Position numbers and translations under genes: made by a program. Under the pieces are notes generated by a model. It worked only from the letters and a program-made list of their open reading frames with translations. It did no database searches and was not told where the DNA came from. Of a stretch of 64,000 nucleotides of DNA, positions 23,977-37,487 are shown piece after piece. The DNA is from Eledone cirrhosa (Eukaryota). Numbering within the stretch: the first letter of the stretch is position 1; the number at the start of each line of letters is the position of its first letter. The stretch covers positions 4,712,001 through 4,776,000 of the forward strand of contig OZ024762.1 of assembly GCA_964016885.1 (NCBI GenBank), given 5' to 3'.

Positions 23977-24762
23977 CTGTAAATAAACACAGGTTCAATT
24001 ATTAACAGCACTGATGTCATAGTGGACTACAATTATAACAACATGTTTTAAGGTTATTATCCTTACTAAAGTTGGGGTTAGCCTTGCAGACCCCATGGCA
24101 GACTTCTCAAGTTTGCCTCATCCCCTCACCAAATCCCTGGCTTTCATTTTCTCCATTATATTTAGATGTTCTCTTTTGGTGTTCCTTTCATTTACTATCC
24201 TCGACATTCATTTCCATCACTCCTCTCACTCAGTCACTTTCATCCTTCCTCAACACATGCCCCAACCATCTCATTCTATTTCTCTTCACAACATTCATCA
24301 CTAGCTCTAATCCTCTCACCCAATCACCTTCATCAACACATGACCCAACCATCTCATTCTATTTCTTCTCACAACATTCATCACTGGCTCTGTTCCTCTC
24401 ACCTTATGTCCCCTACTGAGTGCTAAGACAAGACAGTATCCTGCGACTTGCTTACATTCAATTCCATGCACTAGCAAGTGCATTTTATCATGAAACCAAC
24501 ACTAGGGAGGTTGTCATGTCCTCGGCACAGCTGAAGAGACCTTGCAACTCTTTGTTTGGCAAGTTTTCGACAGTTGGATGCCCTTCATATCACCAACCAC
24601 TTTACAGAGTATACTGGATGTGTTTATAGTATAAATCAACAACACTAGCTGGGGAGGTTAGCTGAAGAGTTAACTTGAGCCTCTGTTTGGCAACAACAGC
24701 TGGATGACCTTGGTATATATATTGTTTTAAATTATTTGGCTATGTCTTGGCAAAATACAAAC

Positions 24763-24921
24763 CAATATCAGGTTGAATCATATCCAATTCTTCCTCAATC
24801 TCATCTTCTTTTAAACGTTCCTTGGTTTCGTCTTTGTCCTTCACTAGTGTCTCTCCAGGGAGGTCTTTCTGTTCAAACTCCATTTCAGTATCAATGTCTT
24901 CAATTTTCAAGGTTTCAATGT
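24763..24921 (-). CDS. UPF2: UPF2 coding exon 17 (acidic linker IETLKIEDIDTEMEFE...IQPDI)
   Basis: Open acidic frame; GACAG| and G|GTTTGT; phase 1-1. Confidence 0.85.
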
Positions 24922-25839
24922 CTGTCGAGGTTAAACATAGAAGAGAAAGTTAACCCTTTCATGACTCTATTTCAAATGAAAACACTCTTATTTCAATTAC
25001 CATATATATCAAATATAAGCCAATCCCATTATTTCATGTCAGAGAAATGGGCAAAAATCAAAACCTTTATTTACATAGAATTTGAAGTTGGTGAAAATCA
25101 TCAAAATCATCCCAAATATAAGCTGACCCTACTTCTACCATCAAATTTGGGATCACATATTCCTCAGCTTATATTCAAGTATCTAAACTATAATAAAGTA
25201 AGGAGTGTGGGACTGCGTCCAGAATATATATTTTTTTATCCCGTTTGTAAAATAAGTTGGATTACTTTGAATAAATAATGAATGAATATTACATAATTTA
25301 TCTACTAAATTTTGTGGATGTTCATTAAATATATTTTATTGCTTATTTAAAGATTTACTTCTTTAAAATTTTCAAATGTCAACACTTCCGGTTAGCGATC
25401 GCTTAAATAAACATTCGTATATTTCTGTCACTAATTTTCTCCTAATGCAGTTTATATATAATATCGTCTTTTTTTAATGTATCATGGATTACGTTACTGA
25501 TTACATAATACAGTCTTCGTTCAATTTCTGTGTATATTGTCAATTACAATTTTATGTGATGTATTATATCTACATGTATATATACCTGCGTATAATATCA
25601 ATATACACACTACACATGCTAGCAGAAAAACCAGTAATTGATGAAGAATTTTGTGGATTTACTAAAATTATTATTTATTTCATTATTAAGATGTTATTTG
25701 AAGCATAACTTAACAAAAGCTCCTTATATAAATAATTATATTGGAAGACCTTGATTTAAATAGGAACAATTTACAATGGGCAGTTTTGTGACATAGAATC
25801 AGAGCTGGTTTAAGGCATGTTGGTATCAAAAGGGTCAAA

Positions 25840-26190
25840 TGGAGGAACATGGATAAGGTAGGGGTATAATGAGGACAGCTGCTAAGGAGGAACATGGATA
25901 ACGTAGGGGTATAGTGAGAGGACAGCTGCTAAGGAGGAACATGGATAAGGAGTGTAGTGATAGGACAGCTGCTAAGGAGGAACATGGATAAGGTAGGGTG
26001 TAGTGATAGGACAGCTGCTAAGGAGGAACATGGATAAGGTAGGGTGTAGTGATAGGACAGCTGCTAAGGAGGAACATGGATCAGGTAGGGGTGTAGTGAT
26101 AGGACAGTTGCTAAGGAGGAACATGGATAAGGTAAGGGGTGTAGTGGTAGGACAGCTGCTAAGGAGGAACATGGATACGGTAGGGGTATT
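25840..26190. repeat. ~46-bp minisatellite, about 7 copies
   Basis: GGAGGAACATGGATAAGGTAGGGTGTAGTGATAGGACAGCTGCTAA. Confidence 0.92.
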
Positions 26191-26605
26191 GTGAATGTTA
26201 AGACTTACAATCATAATATTGTGGGTGTGAGTCCTAGACTGGGTTGTGTGTTATGTTCTTGAGCAAAACACTTCATTTCACATTGCTCCAGTATACTGAG
26301 CTGAGAGTACCAGCAATACCTGGGGGTTTAACCCTGCAATGAACTGGCATCATGGGAACCTGGGACAAGCACCAGCCTGATGAGACTCAGGGCTTGAAAC
26401 AGACTTTAGACTAAGAAATGCAAATGGAAGGGAGAGGAAGAGGGCTGGAGCCACCTGGATGGGTCAGGGGGTCAGGTCACATAGCCATGCTGCTAGGCAG
26501 GTCTACTCAAATACAGCATGTCACCAGTTCTCATGGTCTTTTGTCATCTCCAGACCTCTTCTATTAAAACAACAATAACAATAACATCATTAAATAAATG
26601 CTTAC

Positions 26606-26678
26606 CTTCTTCCAAAGCAGTCACATCTTCTTTGGTTTCATCTTTAGATGATGCATGTTCACTTTCTTTATACAGGAT
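26606..26678 (-). CDS. UPF2: UPF2 coding exon 16 (ILYKESEHASSKDETKEDVTALEE)
   Basis: TTGTAG| and AAG|GTAAGC; phase 0-1. Confidence 0.92.
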
Positions 26679-26702
26679 CTACAACAGAAAACCAAAGATA
26701 AT

Positions 26703-26916
26703 TACTGTATATACCGGAATATAAGCCGAGCCAAATACAAACAGACCCACCTATCGTATGGCTGAGATATGGGCACAATTCCAAACCCCGTTTATAAGCC
26801 AAGGCAGCTAATCAACCCATTGTTTAAATAGCATATATAAGCCGACCCTCCCCACAAATTTTACCATCAATTTTTTAGTCACATATTCCTCAGCTTATAT
26901 TCAAGTATCCACAGTA
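26703..26916. mobile_element. Tc1/mariner (Tc2-like) MITE
   Basis: TA-flanked imperfect TIRs CTGTATATACCGGAATATAAGCCGAG / CTCAGCTTATATTCAAGTATCCACAG; related copies near 21027-21240 and 25005-25185. Confidence 0.7.
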
Positions 26917-27374
26917 AGTTAGGAAATCTCATGATTAATTTTCAATTTTCATATGTGGAGACATGTGGCCAAGTGGTAAGAGTGTCGTACTTACGATCAT
27001 AATCTAGTGGGTTTGATTCCTGGGCTGGGCTGTGAGTTGTGTTCTTGAGCAAAACACTTCATTTCACGTTGCTCCAGTATACTCAACTGAAAAGGAGTAC
27101 CAGCAATAGCTGAGGGTTTCACCCTGTGATGGACTGGCGTCCTGTTCAGGGGAGAAGTCTTGTATTCCCAGTCACCTCACACCATGAAACTGGAATAAGT
27201 ACCGGCCTAACGAGCCTCCTGGCTTAAGACAGACTTTAGATTTTATATGAAACCACACCTGCTTCTATTATATAATTTTATATAAGAACCTCTGTTAAGT
27301 TATACTCCAAACACAAACTTAATAATGAGAAAGTTACCAAATATCCCTAAATACTGGGGTATTCATAAAACAAG

Positions 27375-27850
27375 GTGCTAGTTGTGGTGATGGTAATGGT
27401 TTTGGTGTTCATGATAATGGGGATGGTAATATTAGTAGTGATAATGGTGATGATCATGGTGGTGGTAGTGGTCATGGTGGTGGTGGTAGTAGTGGTAGTG
27501 GTGATTGTAGTAGTAGTGGTAGTCGTGGTGGTGGTGGTCATGGTAGTAGTGGCAGGAGTGGTGGTAGTGGTAGTAGTAGTGGTCATGGTGGTGGTAGTAG
27601 TGGTGGTAGTGGTAGTAGTGGTCATGGTGGTGGTGGTAGTGGTAGTAGTAGTGGTGGTGGTGGTGGCAGGAGTGGTGGTAGTGGTAGTAGTAGTCGTCAT
27701 GGTGGTGGTGGTGGTGGTGGTAGTGGTGGTAGTGGTAGTAGTGATTGTAGTAGTAGTGGTAGTGGTGATGGTAGTAGTAGTGGTGGTGGCAATGGTGATA
27801 GAGATGGTAGCAGAAGTAGTGATGGTGGTAGTGGTAGTAATGGTGGCAGG
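27375..27850. repeat. (GTG/GTA)n compound microsatellite
   Basis: Direct inspection; directly follows the exon 15 donor. Confidence 0.93.
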
Positions 27851-27867
27851 AGCAAGGTAATACTTAC

Positions 27868-27960
27868 CCCTGGTATAAGAGATCTGAGATCCGGTAGTGA
27901 TTCGTAAAATGTCCTGGTGTCTTCATCTTCAAACAGGCTGGTGTCTCCTTCGTAATGAAA
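27868..27960 (-). CDS. UPF2: UPF2 coding exon 15 (FHYEGDTSLFEDEDTRTFYESLPDLRSLIPG)
   Basis: EDED.R.FYE.L.DL motif; TTAAAG| and GGG|GTAAGT. Confidence 0.95.
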
Positions 27961-28079
27961 CTTTAATGGAAAACAAAGACAACCACAAATATCATTAGTT
28001 GAGGGTTTTAAAATCAAGGAAAATTACTACAAATTTGTAACGTTTCAACCATGTTTCACTTGTTTTAAAGTGATCATAT

Positions 28080-28862
28080 CTTAGCAGTGCAGTGGAACCA
28101 TGACAAACCCTGCTATAGGGGTTAGCTGTGCAATGGGACCATGACAAGCTCTGCTACAACAAGGGTTAGCCTTGCAGTGGGAGCATGACAAGCCCTGTTA
28201 TAGGGGTTAGCAGTGCAATGGGGCATGACAAGCTCTACTACAACATGGTTTATTTTGCAGCGGAAGTATAACAAGTCCTGTTATAAAAAGGGGTTATAAA
28301 TGCTATAGGGGTTCGCCTTGCAGTGAGAGGACAAGCCTTACTACAGGAGTTAGCCTTGCAGTGGGGCCCATGACAAGTCCTACTACAACAAGGGTTAGCC
28401 ATGGAGTGGGAGCATGATAAACCCTGCTACAAGGGTTAGCCTTGCAGTGGGGACATGACAGACCCTGCTACAGGGGTCGGCTTTTGCAGTGGGGACATGA
28501 TAAGCCCTGCTACAACAGGGGTTAGCCTTGCAGTGGGAGCATGACAGACCCTACTACAAACAGAGTCAGCCTTGCAGTGGGTGCATGACAAGCCCTGCTA
28601 CAACATGGAGAGCATGACAAGACCTGTTATAACAGGGGTTACCCTCGTAAAGGAGGCCTCAAGAGATGCTAATGGAAGAAAGCTACAGTAAAAAAAGAGC
28701 TGGGCAGAAGTGGTGGGGCATAACAAGCCCTGCTATAATACGGGGTTAGCAGTGCAATGAGGGCATGACAAGCTATACTACTACAGGGATTAGTTTTGCA
28801 GTAGAGGTATAACAGGCCGTGTTATAACAGGGATTTGCCTTGAAGTGGCGGGCATGACAAGA
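28080..28862. repeat. Degenerate ~41-44-bp minisatellite
   Basis: GGGTTAGCCTTGCAGTGGGAGCATGACAAGCCCTGCTACAACA-like units. Confidence 0.88.
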
Positions 28863-28951
28863 TTCTTTATATTTCCCTGCCATCTGTATCTGCACCCACC
28901 TCCCTCTTTGCATATGATGAGAGAAGAAGGTTTTATGATTTAACAACTTAC

Positions 28952-29013
28952 TTCAGCATTTTTAATGGGGTTGAAGATGTCAAACATAGCCCCTTCAGAA
29001 TCTTGTTTAAGCT
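28952..29013 (-). CDS. UPF2: UPF2 coding exon 14 (LKQDSEGAMFDIFNPIKNAE)
   Basis: DIF.P motif; TTTTAG| and GAA|GTAAGT; phase 1-0. Confidence 0.92.
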
Positions 29014-29779
29014 CTAAAAATAAATAAATATATTAATTAATTAATCAATTAATTACATATCACAAAAAATAATTGAAACAGTGATTATATGAAATATTTA
29101 TTAAATTTGTCAGTATCCATTACAAACAAGTATTTGGAATTCATGAAACAATAAAGAGGAAAAGGAAGGAAAGGGCTAGGATTGTTAAGCAATGAAAGGG
29201 GGAAGGGTGACAGACTCTACACCTTCATCGCCAACTTATCCCTGAGAGGGTTGTGGGGAAGAGTCCTTAAACACTCCCTCCCGCGGGTCCTGTCAGAAGC
29301 AACCATCTCCAACCGATCCGACTGGATCCCCCCAAGTGAGACCAGCCAACCTCATGGATGTTATCCAATCATCTTGCTCGGAGTCTACCCCTGGGTCTCC
29401 TGCTAGTTGGTTTTGCCTGTAAAATCTGTCCAGCGATTCCCCCCTGAGACATTCTAACCACATGCTCCATAGTATCGGAGCTGTGATGTCTCAATTCGGA
29501 GAAGTAGTGGCTCTATCTGGAGTCACTCTGTGATCCCTGAGTTATGCACTTTATTGAGCAACATTACCCCAAAGACCCCTCAGAAGAACACTATTTCTAC
29601 ACCACACCCAAGTACTATATTTCCTACTAGAACAAATTAATTTAAAACCAATCATTTCCAAATCCATAAGTTGATGATCTGCCACCATGCAGCGATAAGA
29701 AACTCTCAGGAGAGTTAGACAGCAGAAGGTTGTCAGAGAAGAAACTTCACTCAACTCTTTCAGCCCTTAACTTAAAGTA

Positions 29780-29828
29780 GTACGACTACCACTACAACAA
29801 CTACGACCACTACTACAACGACTATTAC

Positions 29829-29873
<45 letters not shown>

Positions 29874-29980
29874 CACTACAACGACTACTACTACTACTAC
29901 AACGACTACTACTATTATGACTACTACTACGACTACACTACTACTACGACTACCACTACTACGACTACCACTACTACAAT
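29780..29980. repeat. (ACT)n microsatellite
   Basis: Direct inspection. Confidence 0.92.
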
Positions 29981-30013
29981 AATTAACAGGTAAACAGAAA
30001 CAATGTCACTTAC

Positions 30014-30053
30014 CCTCTTCAGGTAGGTCGGGGATCTCTTCATCAAGAAGATC
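30014..30053 (-). CDS. UPF2: UPF2 coding exon 13 (DLLDEEIPDLPEE)
   Basis: DLLDE..PDLP motif; TTTAG| and G|GTAAGT; phase 0-1. Confidence 0.93.
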
Positions 30054-30094
30054 CTAAATAAATAGAAATATATTTTATGAGTACCATGTTCTTG

Positions 30095-30552
30095 TACTAT
30101 AGGGTTACCCCTGGGGACTAGTGTATATTTAGGGGTAGACAGAGTACCAGAGGGTTACCCCTAGGGATTAGTGTATATCTAAGGGGAGAGAGAGTACCAG
30201 AGGGTTACCCCTGGGGATTAGTGTATATCTAGGGGTAGACAGAGTACCAGAGGGTTACCCCTGGGGATAAGTGTATATCTAGGGGTAGACAGAGTACCAG
30301 AGGGTTACCCCTGGGGATAAGTGTATATCTAAGGGGAGAGAGAATACCATAGGGTTACCCCTGGGGATTAGTGTATATCTAGGTGTTGAGAGAGTACCAG
30401 AGGGTTACCCTTGGGGATTAGTGTATATCTAGGTGTTGAGAGAGTACCAGAGGGTTACCCCTGGGGATTAGTGTATATCTAGGGGTTGGGAGAATGCCAT
30501 AAGTTATTGTAGTACCATAGGGATACCCCTGAGAACTAGTATATATCTAGGG
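30095..30552. repeat. 50-bp minisatellite, about 9 copies
   Basis: Unit AGAGTACCAGAGGGTTACCCCTGGGGATTAGTGTATATCTAGGGGTAGAC. Confidence 0.95.
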
Positions 30553-30879
30553 AAAAGTCAGCTTAAGAGAATCCACCCATGTTGCTAACTGAGGGGTCAG
30601 TTAGCAACAACCCATTGCTACCTGGGGGAAAAACTACAAAATCTACAAGACAGATGGCAAGTAGCAAGTCATGATTAACATTTTCATTCTTTTTATGTTT
30701 GTTTTTCCATGCTTGCATGGGTTTGACAAGTCCTTTCCAGCACATCATCTCCACAAATGTCGCAATTAGTGTAAGTCACATGTATTGTGCTTTTCATATC
30801 AAATGAAAGAGATGGACACGACATGGGTTAACATACCGCTAGTGTGTAAGAGAGAGAGTTAAGACACAGGTTAACATAC

Positions 30880-30972
30880 CGCTAGTGTGTAAGTATTCTG
30901 TTGTAATTTTTGGTAATTTACTATAGCTGCTTCATAATTTTCTTTTCTCTCGTTGCTCAGTTCTCCTTTAGT
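30880..30972 (-). CDS. UPF2: UPF2 coding exon 12 (TKGELSNERKENYEAAIVNYQKLQQNTYTLA)
   Basis: KGELS and YQKL motifs; TTTCAG| and GCG|GTATGT. Confidence 0.95.
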
Positions 30973-31433
30973 CTGAAAAGAAATGAAGAAAGATTTCATT
31001 GAAATCATACTGTCTAAACCATATAGCTCCAACACAAACACACACATATATTTGAAAAAAGGAAAAGAATGACTAGTAGTTGATGTTCTAAACAATTTAA
31101 TTTTATAATTTTACAATTTTGCTATGTAGATCTAATAACTCCTTTGTTAACTTTGATGGGAAGATTTTCTTAAAAATCCTAGTTAACTTTCTGGAGAACT
31201 TTCTCGCATTTGTCGGTGGTGATTGTCAAACTGATCTAAGATTGCAATGTGTTGCTGTATATATAAGGGATTTGGGTGTGTCTGGGGGAGTGTTAGTGAG
31301 AATGGAAGTAAAGGAGCAAATTCCTTTTAGATTTTTTAATTCCTTTAAATTTTCATCAACGCACCATCTTACCTTTTGTTTGCACCAAATGCTAACAAAA
31401 ATCCCAATAAAAAAAAGGTGTGCCCTTACTTAC

Positions 31434-31565
31434 CTGAAGTATTTTTCGATTCTGTTGCTCAATAGTTTTGAGATCCTTATGTAATTTTTTCAGGTGTTTA
31501 CACAAAGTAGCATAGTATTCCTTCAGCAAATTCCTGCAGGCCTTTTGCCGTTCTGGAGGCAGCAT
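31434..31565 (-). CDS. UPF2: UPF2 coding exon 11 (MLPPERQKACRNLLKEYY...QNRKILQ)
   Basis: LLKEY and QNR.IL motifs; GACAG| and CAG|GTAAGT. Confidence 0.95.
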
Positions 31566-32958
31566 CTGTCAATAGAAATAGAAATGTAAATAATTCTTTC
31601 TAACATTGGCAGAAGGACAGCATTTGGGAGCAAAGAGGGAAGTTGATTATATTAGCACCCAGTACTTAACTACTACTGCCTGTTATACCCACTGATATGT
31701 ACGGGCAGCAACAAAGGCCCTCTACTGCTATTGGTCCTGGGCCAGCTTCATCTCTCCCTCAACTGTTCTGTACCTGCTGTTCTTTGGCCTTCTTTGTTTT
31801 CGCTTCATTTCTTCATTGGAGATCTTTTCAGACCAAAAAATTCTAAGGATTCTTTTAAGATGCTTTGTGTGAAAGCCTGACAGAAAGACTGTCATTCTCC
31901 ACCATTCTGAGCTGAAGATAAGAGTGGAGAGAACTTAACTGATACTTGCTCCCTTTGGAAGGATGGTAGGCAAAGTTGACCTTGGTGGGATTTGAACACA
32001 GAACTTAAAGAGCTAGAGCAAATGGTGCAAAGCATTCTGTTTGATGCTCTACCAATTCTGGCAATCCACCAACCTTAAATCTAACACTTGCACAAGACCA
32101 GTAATTTAGGAGAAGGGAAAAATTAATTGTATCAATACCCAAGACTTAACTAGAATTAAAAACAAATAATACTGTCTCACATTTTTTTCCCTCCAAGAAC
32201 AACTATTCTTGTCAAAATGACAAGATGAGGTAAATAAAACAAGATCAAAACAAAGAGGAAACACAAAGGAAGTAGAATAGTCATTGAGAAGATCACAGGA
32301 TGTGTGATGAAAGAACTTTGACAATTAAATATGACAAGCAACCATCTGGTTACTAAACTAACCAATGAATGGATTAGTTATTTAATTAAAAATGGTTTCT
32401 GATTTAGGCACAAGGCCAATAATTTTGGTAGAGGACAAAGTCGATTAAATCCATCCCAGTGCATTACTGGTAAAGCAAAGCTAACCTCAGCAGGATTTGA
32501 ACTCAGAACATAAAGGGCTGTAACTACGAGATGCAAAGCATGTTGGCCAATGCTCTACTGATTCTACATAATAAAACTGAAGTGAAACTCAACTGGTGAG
32601 TGTGTTTTTTATTGGCAACATGACCCTCCCAAAAGTATAACATCTACTTCAACACACAATTTTTACACAATTAACCATTTAGCATTAAAACCGGCCATAT
32701 CTGGTTTGAATTCTCTCACCTTTTGCTGTTCAAACCGGCCATAACTGGACACTCATACTGATGTTAAGGTATTGTTTTCAAAACAAATAATATCAAAGTC
32801 CCATAGATTCAATATTATGTAAGATAAAGCCTTTACCACAAAAATACAATAGTAAATATAGAGTAATGTAAATGCTAAAGGGTTAAGTATTTACATTGGA
32901 AAAAGATAAAATCAACAAGATACAAGAAACATTTTACGAACATTTTTTTAAAACTTAC

Positions 32959-33001
32959 ATTGCTTCTTTCTATTTCTAGATTATGTTTCTCAGCCAAAAT
33001 T
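32959..33001 (-). CDS. UPF2: UPF2 coding exon 10 (ILAEKHNLEIERSN)
   Basis: TTGCAG| and AAT|GTAAGT; 43 nt; required to convert phase 2 to phase 0. Confidence 0.9.
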
Positions 33002-34216
33002 CTGCAAGAGAAAGAGACTGATTTAGCAGAGTAATTACGATATTTAAAATACTAATTATGAGTTGAATGGTTTGGAAGGCTGTATGATGGCGCAGCATCT
33101 TGGGGGTCATTTTACTAGGGTCATAGATCAACTCAAGTCATGTGAATGGAAAGGTTTGGCAGGCTGTATGATGAACTTTACCTGTGACCAGCCTTATCAC
33201 AGATTGTGTATGTGGCTGAATTAATCTCCCTAAGAATTATATTAATGCTGGTGCATTTGGAATAACGTTACTCAATAGAGTGCGTAGCTTGGAGATCAGA
33301 GTGTTGTTCAAGGTAGAGCCACTATTTCTCAGAATTGAGAGATCACAGCTCCAATACTATGGGCATGTGGTTAGAACGTGTCGGTAAAGAATCGTTGGAC
33401 AGATTTTAAGGCAAAACCAACCAATAGGAGACCCAGGGGTAGACCCTGAGCAAGATCGTTGGATAACATCCATGAACTCGGCTAGTCATGGGGATCCAGC
33501 CGAATCCATTGGAGATGGTTGTTACAGACAGGACCTGTTGTGTTTGAGGACTCTGACCCCACAGGCCTCTCAGGAATAAATGGAACAAGAAGAAGCAATG
33601 GTATTCAAATAAAACACTATTTGGAAACACATTAAATCATATTATGATATTATAATCCTAATACAACAAGCCTCTTTTCCCTCCTAAAAGAAGAGTTAGC
33701 CTTGCATGGCACATGACAAGTTATATACTCATCATGATGTTTGCTTTTAAGCAATGTCTAATGGCCAAATGCCTTTACTGGTGCCAACCCCTTTTAGTCA
33801 CCTCTTAGGACATACAGAGATATGGTGTGACTTCCAAACCAGACACAATCATATTTAAATTACACACTAAAAGTCTAAACTCTGCCTGCAGCTCAGAGGC
33901 TCATCAGGCCTTGTTTCTGTAGTGTTAAGCAACTGAGAGTACAAGACTTCCCCTCAACAGGGCACTAGTCCATTGCAGGATTAAACCCCCAGCTACTGCT
34001 GGTACTTATTCTCAGCTAAGTATACTGGACTAATGTGAAATGAAGTGTTTTGTTTAAGAACCCAGCACACAACCTAGTTCAGGAATTGAACCCACGACAT
34101 TATGATCGTAAGTCCAACACACTTATCACTAGGCTGCATTTACTTTTTAAAATTCCCAGATAAAATAAAATAAATTAAAATGAGCAAACCAAAAACCCCC
34201 AAAAAACCATACACAC

Positions 34217-34434
34217 CTATATTTTCTAGGTACAATTCCAACGTAGTCATCACCACAATGTTTACAGAAACTTGAAATAATGGAGAGATTATTGTGTTCC
34301 TCCTTGTCACTGTTCACTAGGATAGACAGCTGATTAGCCAACACATGGAGACCTTCTTTCTCAGAAAACAGACCAACAGATACAAGCTCAGCAAAGAACC
34401 TCAAATCTACTCTGTATTTACTCAAATTTGCAAT
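34217..34434 (-). CDS. UPF2: UPF2 coding exon 9 (IANLSKYRVDLRFFAELVSVG...GIVPRKY)
   Basis: DLRF.AEL motif; CACAG| and AG|GTGTGT; phase 0-2. Confidence 0.96.
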
Positions 34435-35249
34435 CTGTGAGAGAAGATTACAAAATGGAAAAAAAAAGGAAGAGAAAAAAATAATTTTGAGTAACATATT
34501 GACTTTGGTGGGATTTGAACTCAGAATACAGAGAGCTGAAACAAATACCCAGGCTTTTATCCAATGCTCTAATGACTCCACCAATTCATCACCCATTACA
34601 AAAACAAAAAAAAAGTTAGACGCATGATATATTTAATTGTTTACAGCCCACAATGTAAAGGGGTGGTGTAGGTGCCACAGCAAAAAACACCCAGTACTCA
34701 CTGTAAAGTGGTCGTGTAGGTGTCATGGCAAAAAGCACCCAATACTCACTGTAAATGAGGTTGGTGCTAGGAAGGGCATCCAGTTGTAGAAACCAAGCCA
34801 AAATTGGTTCTGTACGATTAAGACATGGTCACCTGACCTGGCATTACTCACAGAATAACTCTTCGAACCCATGCCAGCGTGGAAAAATGGGCATTAAACG
34901 GAGATGCTGATGATTATAAAGTGTCAGGAGGACCCTTTACTTGTGTGAAGGGCATGACAACCTCCCAAGTAGTGATTTACATGATAAATGCACTCAGTAC
35001 ACACTGTAAAGTAGTTGGTGATAGGAAGGGCCTCTTGTTATAGAAAGCTTGCCAAACAAAGGGTTGAGAGGACCCTCAGTTGTGTCAAAGATATGACAAC
35101 CCCTCCTGTGCACTGTGGAATGTGAAACTACATAAACAAGATACAGATCCTGGTCTGTCCAGGAGATCAGTAGCCACTGTTTCAGTACTGATGTGGTCTA
35201 TTAGACCCATCCAACCCTTGCTAGCAGGGAAAGTGGACATTAAAACAAT

Positions 35250-35769
35250 GACATATCTCACAATTGTTTATATATAAAATATCTCACAATTGTTTATATA
35301 TAACATATCACACAATTGTTTATATATAACATATCCTATAAATGTTTATATATAACATATCTCACAAATGTTTATATATAACAATTATTTATATATAACA
35401 TATCCTGTTTATATAAAACATATCACACAATTGTTTATATATAACATATCTCACAAATATTTATATATAACATATCTCACAAATGTTTATATATAATATA
35501 TAAAATATCTCACAATTGTTTATATATAACATATCTCACAAATATTTATATATAACATATCTCACAAATGTTTATATATAATATATAAAATATCTCACAA
35601 TTGTTTATATATAACATATCTCACAAATGTTTATATATAACATGTCCTATAAATGTTTATATATAACATATCTCACAAATGTTTATATTTAATATATAAA
35701 ATATCTCACAATTGTTTATATAGAACATATCACACAAATGTTTATATATAACATGTCCTATAAATGTTT
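35250..35769. repeat. ~26-bp AT-rich minisatellite
   Basis: AACATATCTCACAAATGTTTATATAT units; the array resumes at 36528-36580 after an insertion. Confidence 0.9.
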
Positions 35770-35929
35770 CATCATCATCATCACCATTTTACGTCCGTTC
35801 TTCCACGCTAGCATGGGTTAGACAGGTTGTCCTGTTGTGGGCAGTGTCTGGTCGGCTGACCATGCCTTGCTCATACAGGAACTGATTTGGCTTGATTTCT
35901 ACAGCTGGATGCCCTTCCTAACACCAACC

Positions 35930-36120
35930 TCATCCCATCGTCATTTCCCACCCAGAAAAATTTGTAGCGCTGACTTTTTCCTACAAGGACTCTAGCAGAC
36001 TCTCCTCTCCATCTAGTCTCTTGCACACAGCATACATCAATTTCCTTTCGCTCTAGCATCTCTACGATTTCTCCTGCTCTTCCTTTCATAGTGCTTACAT
36101 TAATGGTACCAACTCAGAGT
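35930..36120 (-). mobile_element. RTE-type LINE APE endonuclease fragment
   Basis: GTINVSTMKGRAGEIVEMLERKEIDVCCVQETRWRG peptide, fused to a SINE-type 3' tail at 35770-35930. Confidence 0.85.
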
Positions 36121-37337
36121 TTTGAGCATTTGTCAACAATCGTGGGAAATGGTCGATTTTTGCAAGGGTGTGCGTGTGCTTCCTGTCTCTGAATTGAAGC
36201 TTCACATGGGTGCTTGGTAGCTCACGGATTCATATTCATTTATTAATTCGGGGTTGCTCCATTTATTCTCAGCTCATCCATACATAACGGTAGGAAAATT
36301 CAGGGCTAAAAGAACAGTGGTGGTGGTAATAATGGCAGGGTGTGTTGGGGCTGGGACGGGTGAGGATAGAGGTAGGTAGTAATAGAAATGGCAGAGTTTG
36401 TTGGGGTTGGTAATGAGTGTGGGGGGGGGGGGACACGCTGAGGTTTGATTGGTCGAATAGGCTATGGTGGCGGGAGGGAAATTGTGAGATAGGTAGCCAT
36501 GATGGCCTATAGCATCTCATAGCAAAATATTGTTTATATATAACATATCCTATAAATATTTATATATAACATATCTCAACCTCACAATGCTTCATAACTA
36601 TGCTAGTTTATTTATCAATTTTTCTAATTCCATATTGCTAAGAAAACTTCATGAATGTGTCAGGAAAAAAAATTTTTTTTTTTCAAAATATATGTGGCCA
36701 TTGGCAAAAGTCTGCAAAACTCTAGTTTAACATTTAACCCTTTAGCAGTTAAACCGGCCATATTTAGCCAGAATTCCCTCACTTCTTTCAGTTCAAACCA
36801 GCTGTAACTGGCCACTCATACTGATGTTAAGGTATTGTTCTCAAAATAAATAATACAAAAAATCTCACAGATTTGATACTATTTGAGATATTATGCAAGA
36901 AAAAGCCTTTACCACGAAAATACAATAGTAAATATAGAATTGTTTCTACTTTTGGCACAAGGCCAGCATTTATCCCAGTGTATTACTGGTACTTTATTTT
37001 ATCGACCCCGTAAGGATGAAAGGCAAAGTTAACATCGGCAGGATTTGAACTCAGACCATAAAGGGACATACCTCTATGCTGCAAAGCATGGCGTCCAACC
37101 TACCGATACTGCCAATCACCCGCCCTATAAATATAGAATAATGTAAATGTTGAAGGGTTAAAGCTAAATATTTTAAGGTTTGCCATATCTATTTTTATGC
37201 ATAACTCAACAAATTCTACTAAAAGCATAGCTCGAGAGTATGACACCCTGGGCAGCCCTTGAAATTGCTGCCCCAGCATGGCTGCCAAAAACAAATAAAG
37301 ACAAAGCAAAAGGAAGTGATAAAACGGTCTCTCCTAC

Positions 37338-37487
37338 CCTTTCTTCTTTCTTACAAAGAAGATATTTTTGCCAGTTTTCCATTAAAGAGGAAGAGAAATC
37401 AGCGTAGCGCTGGTGGAGGAGACTGCAAATAAGGACGGCACAGTTGATATCAGACATTTTCAGTTTGGCTTCAGTAAGGGCTGCAGC
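37338..37487 (-). CDS. UPF2: UPF2 coding exon 8 (AAALTEAKLKMSDINCAVLICSLLHQRYADFS...KKEER)
   Basis: LHQRY.DF motif; TATAG| and AGG|GTAGGA; 150 nt. Confidence 0.96.

Noticed and set aside
27347-27860. Poly-Thr / poly-Val mucin-like ORFs (also 9187-9695)
   Set aside because: Trinucleotide microsatellites in introns; the exon chain is complete without them.
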